16,250 nucleotides of DNA, taken from contig JADJIW010000040.1 of the NCBI GenBank assembly GCA_016706815.1, positions 1 to 16,250 on the forward strand, given 5' to 3'. The stretch's first letter is position 1, and each line of letters opens with the position of its first letter. Of the stretch, positions 7,031 to 14,348 are shown in pieces. Below the pieces are notes generated by a model, which worked only from the letters and a program-made list of their open reading frames with translations, was not told the origin of the DNA and made no database searches. The stretch comes from Deltaproteobacteria bacterium. Lineage in GTDB: Bacteria; Myxococcota_A; UBA796; CAJQPC01. The position numbers and the translations under genes are program-made.

Positions 7031-9257
7031 TCAGACGCGCTGGGCGCCTCGGGCGCGGCGCAGGCGATCGGACTCCCCTTCAGCGCGGCGGGCGGCGCGC
7101 ACCTCGTCCTCCAAGCGGCGCAGAGCCTCTCCGGCGGCGGAGACCCGGTCTTGCTCGCCGATCAGCTCTTGGCGGGCTTTGCGCGCGGCGCCGCCGATGT
7201 CGAGGAGCCGCGCCGCCGTGGCCGTGAGCTTGGACTCCCAGCGGGCGTGCTCCTCTAAGGTGGCCTCGCGGTCGGCCTTGGCGGCGAGGAGCTCCGGGCG
7301 CTCGGTGGGGTCGGGGCGCTGACCGGCCTGCTCCATCGTCTCGAGACGGCGGATGCGGGCCTCGATCTGGGCGAGGTCTTGGGCGATGGCCTCGGGGCGC
7401 AGCTCTTTGAGGCGACCATCCAGGCGATCGGCCTCGGCGGCCAGGTCAGCGGCCTCGGCGCGCAGCTCGACGACGGTGCGGCGTAGGTCGGCCTCGGCGG
7501 GGGTGGGCAGCTCGGCCTGGCCGATCGCCAGCTCCAAGGCGGCGAGGGACTCCTCAACCCGGGCGAGGAGCTGGCCGCCGCGGGTCTTGGGCGCAGGCGG
7601 CGCGACCACCGGGGCGGCGACGTTCGGCGGCGCAGGGGCGGCGGCGGCAGGTTCAGCGGCGGCGGCGCCGCGCTCCACACGCACCTGGGGGCGGCTGGCG
7701 AGCAGCTCGGGCAGACGCTCGGGGGTGACGTGGGCGCGCAGGTCGCGGCCATAGGCCAAGGGCACCTTGTCGGCGTTGCGCCCGGCGTTGGAGGCGGTCA
7801 CCATCACGACGACGGAGATGAGGATCATCACCGGGAGCGCCGCCATGGCCGAGCCGAAGGTGAGCCCCACGGCGATGGCCCACAACACCCACATCGGCCC
7901 GAGCAGGTTGGGCAAGGTCCGCATCACGCGGTTCACCCGGCCGTCTTCGTCTTCAGCCCGGCGGCGTTTTTTGGCGACGAAGCCCCGGCTCTCGGCCAAG
8001 GCGGCGAGGTTATCGACGGTGTCTTCGCTCACGCCGGAGACGAGGCGGAAGCGGCGCTGGTCGAGCACGGGGCTCACCAACAGGGCGTCGATGGGCAGCC
8101 CCGCCCGCAGCGCGACGCCGCGGGCGAGGAGCTCGGCGTCGGTGATCTCCGTGGACTCCGCCGTCCACTCTTCAGGGAGCTTGGGCAGGCCGAGCTGCAC
8201 CACCACCTTGTTGATCGCCTCGGCGGCGTAGCGGGCGCTCGTCTTGCCCGCCCGGGCGCTGCGCCGGGCTTGCCTGCGGCTGGCTTGGCTGGAGTGGCGC
8301 AGCTCCAGCTCAAAGCGGCCTTCAGGCAAGGCCAACGGCGCGGGCTCTAAGGTGTAGCTGGGCTGGGGTGGCGGCGGCGGCGGGGGCTCGTCTTTGGGCG
8401 GCGCGCGGCGGTTCTGAGCCCGCGGCGGCGGGGCGACGATGCGCCCACGAAGGGCCTCGGCGACCTCAGCGGCGCCTTGGGGGCGCTCGTCTGGGGAGAG
8501 GCGCAAGAGCGCGTGGATGATGGCGCAGAGGTCGTCCGGCAGCTCCGGGCGCAGGCTGGCGAGGGGCTCGACCTCGCCGGAGAGCTGGCGTTTGAGCACG
8601 GCGGCGGCGTTGGGCCCGGCGAAGGGCGCCCGGCCCTGAAGCGGCGTAATACAGCACCGTGCCCAAGGAGTAGAGGTCGCTGCGGGGGTCGGCGCGCTCG
8701 CCGTCGTAGACCTCGGGGGCGGCGTGCCCGGCGGTGCCCAAGGCCCCGGTGTGCCGGGTGGACTGCCACTGCTCTAGCCGGGCGAGGCCAAAGTCGGTGA
8801 GCGTCGCCACGCCCGCGTCGTCGATCATCACGTTCGCCGGGGTGATGTCGCGGTGCAGCACGCCGGCGCGGTGGGCGGCGGCGAGCACGTCGGCCAGCCG
8901 CGCGCCGATGGCCCGCAGCGCCGTGCCGCCGATGGGGCCTTCAGCGGCCACCCGCTCGGAGAGGGTGCGGCCCGGGTGGTAGGGCATCGACAAGGCGAGG
9001 TGGCCGTCGAGCTCGTGCAGCTCTTGGGCGAGGAGCGCGCCCTCATGTTTGATGAGCCCCGCCGTCATCACCTCGCGGCGCAGGCGCTCCCGGGTGGAGG
9101 CGTCGCCGACGAGGTGGGCGTGGAGGATCTTGAGGGCGACCCGGGCGCCGCGCACCCGATCTTCAGCGAGCCAGACCGTCGCCATGCCCCCACGGCCCAG
9201 CTCACCGATGAGCGTGAACCGCTCACCGAGCACCGCGCCCCGGGCCAAGGCGCTCAA
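7031..9257 (-). CDS. Hanks-type Ser/Thr protein kinase (about 740 aa). Kinase domain, Pro-rich linker, two-helix TM hairpin, long C-terminal coiled-coil. The frame is split by a 1-nt insertion near 8631-8634.
   Basis: The N-terminal piece (8466..9257) has the Gly-loop GELGRGGMATVW, VALK, HRDITPANV, DFG and APE. After DLYSLGTVLYYAASG the frame degenerates. The downstream piece (7031..8599) continues the kinase C-lobe (...AVLKRQLSGEVEP...IIHALLRLSPDERP). Deleting one base in CCCGGCCC at ~8631-8634 restores ...YYAASGRAPFAGPNAAAVLKRQL.... The TM hairpin is LGPMWVLWAIAVGLTFGSAMAALPVMILISVVVMV. The C-terminal 200 aa are heptad-like and Ala/Glu/Arg/Leu-rich. The start is TTG at 9255-9257 with a weak RBS. 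Confidence 0.8.
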
Positions 9258-9333
9258 CCGCGCACCGGAGGCACCCGACCCGAGCTTGTCTGACGCGCCG
9301 CTTCAGTCACTGAGCACTTCCCTCCCCTGCTCC

Positions 9334-10155
9334 CTATTGTGGGGTGGCCGCCGCTGGCAAACCTTTCCCCAAACGGGCCATGGTGACCCACGCGGCGACG
9401 TCATCGACCTCCCAAGAGTTGTCGGACCCACGCCAGAGCAGGCGGCCGTCACCGTCGAGCACCAGGATGTGCAGGCTGTGGAGGATGTCGCCTTGGCTCT
9501 CGACCCGGCTGGCCCCGGCGCGTAACAACAGCGTCTTGAGCGCGTCGAGCTCTAAGCGGGCGAAGGTCCACGTTGCGGGGTTCGCGCCGCGCTCGGCGCC
9601 GTAGGCCTTGAGCACCTCCAGAGAGTCCCGGGCGGGGTCTAGGGTGACGCTCACGATGCGCCCGTGGTCCAGCTCCCCTTGAAGCTCCTTGAGCTTGCTC
9701 GCCAACAAGGGGCAGGCCTCGGGCATGGGGCAAGACGTGAACAAGAAGGTGAGCACCGTCGGCACGCCTTGGCCCGCGCCGATGAGCACCGGGCCGTCCA
9801 CGCCGGGCATCGTGAGCGCCGGGAGCTGCTCGCCTTCGGCCAGGGCGATCACCGCGTCGGGGGCCAGGGCCAGGGGCTCCTCGTGGCCGGTGACCTTGGC
9901 GCCGATGATCCGCACCGTGCCGTCTTCAGCGGTCATCAGGTTCGCCTGGATGAGATCCCCAGGGCGAAGCTGCCGGGCGAGGTTGGGATCGACGACGAAG
10001 GTGGTGGCGCCCTCCTCAAAGGCGCCGGGCACGGGACCGTGCTCCAGCCGCACGCTGTGCTGGCCGACGTCGCGCACCACGCCGTTGACGGAGTAGGTGT
10101 CTCCAGCGACAAAGTTACAGCCGGCCAGAGCGAAGACGGCGATGAGCCCGCGCAT
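9334..10155 (-). CDS. Lipoprotein with an N-terminal CusF-like small beta-barrel domain fused to an SCO1/SenC-like thioredoxin-fold domain
   Basis: ATG at 10153-10155 is preceded by GGAGG 8 nt upstream (the ORF-track start at 10164 is GTG). The lipobox is MRGLIAVFALAG|C. The SCO-family pattern is FLFTSCPMPEACP, ...VTLDPARDS...LKAY..., and a conserved His in ILHSLHILVLDGDGRLL. The N-domain (GVVRDVGQHSVRLEHGPVPG...LRPGDLIQANL) resembles CusF-type metallochaperone folds. Confidence 0.7.
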   Translation of the reverse strand: MRGLIAVFALAGCNFVAGDTYSVNGVVRDVGQHSVRLEHGPVPGAFEEGATTFVVDPNLARQLRPGDLIQANLMTAEDGTVRIIGAKVTGHEEPLALAPDAVIALAEGEQLPALTMPGVDGPVLIGAGQGVPTVLTFLFTSCPMPEACPLLASKLKELQGELDHGRIVSVTLDPARDSLEVLKAYGAERGANPATWTFARLELDALKTLLLRAGASRVESQGDILHSLHILVLDGDGRLLWRGSDNSWEVDDVAAWVTMARLGKGLPAAATPQ

Positions 10156-10239
10156 CAGAGGCACCTCCTGAGGTTGGCAAGCCTATTCACGCGGGCGCGC
10201 CGCGTCGACGGGGCGTCGTGTCGCGGGTAAACTCCTCAG

Positions 10240-10461
10240 ATGCCCGAGTCTCCCGAGATCCCCGCCTCTTTGCCACGACGCGCCCTGCGGCGGGCGGGCA
10301 GAGCCGCGCTCAAGGCTCTGGGCGGCGCGGTGTATTACGCGATCTACCGCGAGCTGCCGAACCCCAACGATCCCGACCCCTACTGGCGTGAGATGCACCC
10401 CGACCAAGACAAAGGCACGGGGCGCCAAGGTGGGGACTTTGAGCCCCCGCCGGGGATCTGA
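10240..10461 (+). CDS. Small hypothetical protein (73 aa)
   Basis: An ORF with genome-typical high GC3 and non-junk composition (ALKALGGAVYYAIYRELPNPNDPDPYWREMHPDQDKG). No SD motif; no homology recognised. Confidence 0.35.
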   Translation: MPESPEIPASLPRRALRRAGRAALKALGGAVYYAIYRELPNPNDPDPYWREMHPDQDKGTGRQGGDFEPPPGI

Positions 10462-10545
10462 GGTCAACGCTGATGCTCGCCGCCGCTGCTGTGGATCGGG
10501 CTCACCGCCTTCGCCCAAGACCCTGGGCCCCTCGTCGGCGACCTC

Positions 10546-12345
10546 TTGGGGCCGATGCCCCCGGCCACGACGCTTCGGGATGTAGACGTTCACCCGGAGT
10601 ACATCCGGCTGCGCTTCACCACCGACCGCGACTTCATCGTTGAGCTGACCCCAAGCCGTGACGGCGCCTCGCCGGTGTGCAGCGGCGGCGGCGCCGATCT
10701 GTACGTGCGCCTCGACCTCGACGCCGATCAAGAGAGCTTCGACTGGGAGCCCCTGCCGCCCATCGTCGATCAGCTCTGCGCCCGGATGGTGGACCACCCG
10801 CCGCGGTTCCCGACCTCGGAGAAGGTGTTGGCCCCCGTCGCGCCGCCGCCCGCTCCCGAGCGCCCGGCGCTGCCGTTTCGACCGATGCACGTCGTCGGCG
10901 TCCTCTGGGCCGTGGCGGTCCTCGCCGCCCTGCCGCGGGCGCCCTTGGCCTGGGGGGTGGGCCTTCTCGCGCTCTTGATCCGCCTGGGGCTCTCCCCGCG
11001 CTGGATCCTCGTCGGCGGCGACGCGGCCTATGAGCGCCTGCTCGACGCGAGGGGGCGCGGCGACTCAAACCCCTACTACGGCGACGGCTGGCAGGGGTTG
11101 ATGGGCCTCGTGTACACGCTCCTGGGCGAGCCCAAGACGACGGACTGGGTTCACCTCACGAACCTCGGCTTCTCGGCCTTGACCGTGGTGGCGCTCGTGG
11201 GGCTGATCTCGGCCTTGGGGGGCAGCCCCCTCGCCGCGGGCCTCGCCGGGCTCGCCCTGGCCGCGGCCCCGCTGCCGGTGCGGCTGGCGGCCACAGAGAC
11301 CGACTTTGTGCTCGTCGGGCTCGTGCAGGTGCTCGCGCTCTACGGCGCGGCGCGTGGGGATCGCCGCGGGGCGGCCCTCGCGGCGCTCTCTGTGGGCCTC
11401 TCCGTTCACCTGCGGCCCCTGGGCGGCGCCTTCGCGCTTCTGCCCTTGGGCATGCTCGCCTGGCGGCGCTCGGCCTGGGCCGTCGTGTTGGGCCTGGGGC
11501 TCTGCGCCTGGCGCGCGGTGGAGCTGCTGCCGCTCGTGCGGGAGGGCAGCGGCGTGGGGGTCATCCCCTTCGGTCGGCTTCTGGAGACGGACTTCTGGGT
11601 CAAGCGCCTCAACCCCTTGGGCCGCGCCCCAGCGCTGCACCTCAGCCCCTTGTGGTCGCCGTTCGCGTTGCCGCTCCTCGCCGTGGCCGCGGTGCAGCTC
11701 TCCAAGCCCGAGACCCGCCGCGTTTGGATCTGGCCTTTGGGCTTGGGCGTCGTGCTCAGCGAGCTGCCGTACCTGCCGAAGACCTCTCCGCTAGGCGATC
11801 CCCTGCGGTTTTTGCTCCCGGCGACGGCGATGTGGGCGGGGCTCGCGGGGTTTGGCGCGGCCTTGGCCTGGGAGGGCGGCGCCAAGGCCCGCCTGGTCCT
11901 GGCGGTGGCGGCCCTGAGCTTCGTCCCCCCATGGCTCTCAGGCCAGCCGCGCTGGACGTGGCAGGTTGAGCACCTGGCCTTCGTCGAGGCCACCCGGCTC
12001 GCCCCCGAAGGCGCCGAGGTGCTCTTTGACCCGGCCTTTGACGAGAACGGCAAGATCAGGATGTGGCTCAACACCCGGGGCGGGGCGCGGTGGCGGCCTT
12101 GGGCGCTGGGAGAGACCCCCGCCGAGGGCGCCTTTGTTTACCTCGGCAGCGCCGATCACCACCGGCGTTTAGCGGCCGGCGGCGCCGGGCCGAGCTTGGC
12201 CCAAGGCTGCGCGCTCACGCCGCTGACCACGATGGACCTGCCGCCCGAGACCGACGGCTGGATTGAGCTCGGCGACGCGCCGATCCCCGCCGGGCTCTAC
12301 CGCGTCGACGCCTGCGGCCAGGGCTCAGGCTCCCCAAACCCCTGA
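10546..12345 (+). CDS. Large polytopic integral membrane protein (at least 9 predicted TM helices) with N- and C-terminal soluble domains. Function unknown; a GT-C-like glycosyltransferase topology is possible.
   Basis: High GC3 over 1.8 kb. Multiple hydrophobic stretches (VVGVLWAVAVLAAL, WGVGLLALLIRLGL, FSALTVVALVGLISALG, LAGLALAAAPL, FVLVGLVQVLALYGA, AALSVGLSV, WAVVLGLGLCAW, FALPLLAVAAV, IWPLGLGVVLS, MWAGLAGFGAALA, LVLAVAALSFV). The start is uncertain: TTG 10546, ATG 10555, or a frameshifted upstream ATG at 10476. Confidence 0.7.
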   Translation: MGPMPPATTLRDVDVHPEYIRLRFTTDRDFIVELTPSRDGASPVCSGGGADLYVRLDLDADQESFDWEPLPPIVDQLCARMVDHPPRFPTSEKVLAPVAPPPAPERPALPFRPMHVVGVLWAVAVLAALPRAPLAWGVGLLALLIRLGLSPRWILVGGDAAYERLLDARGRGDSNPYYGDGWQGLMGLVYTLLGEPKTTDWVHLTNLGFSALTVVALVGLISALGGSPLAAGLAGLALAAAPLPVRLAATETDFVLVGLVQVLALYGAARGDRRGAALAALSVGLSVHLRPLGGAFALLPLGMLAWRRSAWAVVLGLGLCAWRAVELLPLVREGSGVGVIPFGRLLETDFWVKRLNPLGRAPALHLSPLWSPFALPLLAVAAVQLSKPETRRVWIWPLGLGVVLSELPYLPKTSPLGDPLRFLLPATAMWAGLAGFGAALAWEGGAKARLVLAVAALSFVPPWLSGQPRWTWQVEHLAFVEATRLAPEGAEVLFDPAFDENGKIRMWLNTRGGARWRPWALGETPAEGAFVYLGSADHHRRLAAGGAGPSLAQGCALTPLTTMDLPPETDGWIELGDAPIPAGLYRVDACGQGSGSPNP

Positions 12346-12495
12346 CAGGGATCCGCCTGCCGTCGGGATCTGCGCGAAGTGGGGAGCGAGGCCTGAGCGG
12401 GCCCGCCAAGGCGGACAAAGATTGGCGTTTCTTCAGGCGAGAATGATCCGAACCGATGAGGCGCGTTGTCCTCTGAGGTGAACGGAGGTGCCCCC

Positions 12496-12597
12496 ATGTC
12501 TGAATGGAGAGATCGTCTGCTGCGCTGGCTCGACGGGCTGCTCTTTTTCCCCGAGCCAGAGCCCGCCCGCGTTGAGGCCCGGCGGCGCCGTCGATGA
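12496..12597 (+). CDS. 33-codon upstream ORF (MSEWRDRLLRWLDGLLFFPEPEPARVEARRRRR), translationally coupled to the next gene
   Basis: GGAGG lies 7 nt upstream of the ATG. The stop TGA (12595-12597) overlaps ATG 12594 of the downstream gene (ATGA). The first codons use rare low-GC codons (TCT GAA AGA GAT). The ORF is below the ORF-track size cutoff. Confidence 0.3.
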   Translation: MSEWRDRLLRWLDGLLFFPEPEPARVEARRRRR

Positions 12598-13154
12598 ACC
12601 CTGCCTCGCGTGCTCGCGCAAGGGTCGCGCGGGTGACCGCCGCCCCCCACGACCCGCCCCTGCCCCGCCACTTCCACCGCATCGAGGCCCGGGGCCATGT
12701 GGTGTACTGCCTGAGCCCCTTGGCCCCCGCGGAGCTCGTCCAGGCCGGGGGGCTGCCCCGGGAGGCGATCCTCGGCGTCACCGACCGCGACGTCGGGGAC
12801 TGGGCTTGGGGCCTTCGCCCAAACCAGCTCTTCATGGACCTCTTGACCCGCCTGCTCACCGAGCACGCGGAGCTTGAGCCGACGCTCACCCAGGCCGCCT
12901 TGGCGCTGCGGGTGGGCGTGCTGGAGCTCTGGGACGGCCGCGTCGGCTTCTCCCAGCGCGGTGAAGAGGATCTGCTCGGCTGCTTTCAGGTGCGTGAGGG
13001 TCGGCTGATGCCGCGCTCGTTCAACCCCAACCGGAGCTACACCTTGGTGACCGAGCGAGGCGCCATGCGGCTGCCCGCGCGACTTCAGGCGGCTCTGCTC
13101 GCCGAGCTGCGGTCGCTGCGGGTCTTGTGGCCTGGGCCCTCGACGACGCTCTGA
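12594..13154 (+). CDS. Hypothetical protein (186 aa)
   Basis: GC3 is high across the ORF. The overlapping antisense 292-aa ORF is Arg/Gly/Pro low-complexity. No domain recognised. Confidence 0.55.
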   Translation: MNPASRARARVARVTAAPHDPPLPRHFHRIEARGHVVYCLSPLAPAELVQAGGLPREAILGVTDRDVGDWAWGLRPNQLFMDLLTRLLTEHAELEPTLTQAALALRVGVLELWDGRVGFSQRGEEDLLGCFQVREGRLMPRSFNPNRSYTLVTERGAMRLPARLQAALLAELRSLRVLWPGPSTTL

Positions 13155-13207
13155 GGCCACCGCGCCGAGGGTCATTTGCGCGGCGTCGGGTTTCCCCGGC
13201 GTCGCGC

Positions 13208-14161
13208 TCAGGACTCTGGGGCGTCGCTGCCGTTGTGGACGTTCACGATGGTGAGCTGCTCGACGGCGATGCGCACCTGGCCGCTGAGGCGGCGGCGCTC
13301 AAACAGCCGCGCCGCGCCCTCGATGCCCGCTTGGGCCACCTGCTCTCGGGCGCGGAAGAGGTGCAGGGTGAGCAGGCCGGGCTCTAAGGACAACATCCGC
13401 GAGAGCTCATCGGCGTAACGCCAGCCCACCTCCGCGGGGCGAACCCCGGCGGCGAGATCCTCGAGCCGCGCCCGGGCCAAGGCCAAGGTCACGAGGTGAT
13501 GCACCCGAGAGCTGAGCACGATGGCGCCGCCCCGGTGCTTGATCTCCACATCGACGTGCTCTTGGTCCTGGCTCACGCGCAGGGTGAGGGCGATGGTCTC
13601 TAAGCGTGGGCGCAGAGACGTGTCCCAGGTGGTCGGCAGCTCAGCGCTTCGCGGCGCGACGGGCAAGATGAGGCGCCAAGACTCGTCTCCTAAGACGAGG
13701 CGCTGGCCATCGAGCGCCTCGGACTCCAGGCCCTCGTGCTCGACGATCCAGTGGCCGTCGTTGCCTTCGTAGACGATGGCGAGCATCCCGTCGGCGCTGG
13801 GCAGGCTGAGGATCTCGGCCTCCGACACCCGCAGGAGCTGATCGGCCTCTCGGACCGCCGCCGCGCCTGGGGGGCCGTCGTGGGCGAGCACGAAGCCGCG
13901 GTGGGGGCCGAAGCGCACGCTGACGCCGGCGCTGAGCCCGCGACCGCGGCCGCTCTCCAGGCGCTCGCCGTCTACAAAAGTGCCGTTTCGACTGCCCAGA
14001 TCACGCAGTTGCCACTCTTTGCCGGTCCAGCGTAAAGCGGCGTGCTCAGCGCTGATCTGGCGATCGTCGATGCGCACGGCGCAGTGGGCGGCGCGGCCGA
14101 TGAGCGTGCGCGCGCCGAGGGCGATCAGGGCGTGGTCGTCGTCGGATCGGAGAATTCCCAT
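13208..14161 (-). CDS. FHA (forkhead-associated) domain protein, 317 aa, with an uncharacterised ~200-aa C-terminal region
   Basis: The N-terminal FHA signature is LIGRAAHCAVRIDDRQISAEHAALRWTGKEWQLRDLGSRNGTFVDGERL (GR...S..HA...DLGS.NGT.V.G). Confidence 0.8.
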   Translation of the reverse strand: MGILRSDDDHALIALGARTLIGRAAHCAVRIDDRQISAEHAALRWTGKEWQLRDLGSRNGTFVDGERLESGRGRGLSAGVSVRFGPHRGFVLAHDGPPGAAAVREADQLLRVSEAEILSLPSADGMLAIVYEGNDGHWIVEHEGLESEALDGQRLVLGDESWRLILPVAPRSAELPTTWDTSLRPRLETIALTLRVSQDQEHVDVEIKHRGGAIVLSSRVHHLVTLALARARLEDLAAGVRPAEVGWRYADELSRMLSLEPGLLTLHLFRAREQVAQAGIEGAARLFERRRLSGQVRIAVEQLTIVNVHNGSDAPES

Positions 14162-14348
14162 AGGCGGGAACGTAGCACGCTAGGTCACTCTGAACGCCCC
14201 CAACAGACGCCCTTGAGGGCCTGAACCAATCAAAGTCCGCACGATACCCGCCGAAATCAATTGAAAGAGAGGCGGCGAAGCGCCTGATCTATGCTGCGCT
14301 AGGTTCGCGCGGCGCGTGACCCTGCGACCCCCTCACGGAGAATGACTG
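14162..14348. promoter_or_regulatory. Divergent promoter region between the FHA gene and the caspase-like gene
   Basis: A 187-nt intergenic region with locally reduced GC (AACCAATCAAAGTCCGCACGATACCCGCCGAAATCAATTGAAAGAGAGG), containing TTGAAA-like and TTGAGG-like -35 candidates. GGAGA lies 7-8 nt before ATG 14349. Confidence 0.35.

Noticed and set aside
6701-7322. Plus-strand ORFs bridging the small-subunit and kinase genes (185 and 176 aa)
   Set aside because: They are antisense and Arg/Ala/Ser-rich low-complexity.
7730-8350. Plus-strand 206-aa ORF, and minus-strand 165-aa ORF 7255..7752
   Set aside because: They lie antisense to, or out of frame within, the kinase C-terminal coding region. 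The His/Gly/Pro-rich composition is not protein-like.
10183-10890. Minus-strand 235-aa ORF
   Set aside because: It is Arg/Gly-rich junk overlapping the small ORF and the membrane-protein start on the opposite strand.
12594-13154. 186-aa protein as a gasdermin-like substrate of the neighbouring caspase
   Set aside because: I see no gasdermin-like N-terminal features or matching size. It is separated from the caspase by the FHA gene on the opposite strand, so I have no evidence for this.
12297-13175. Minus-strand 292-aa ORF
   Set aside because: It is antisense to the 186-aa gene, which has coherent high-GC3 codon usage. The product is R/G/P/Q low-complexity.
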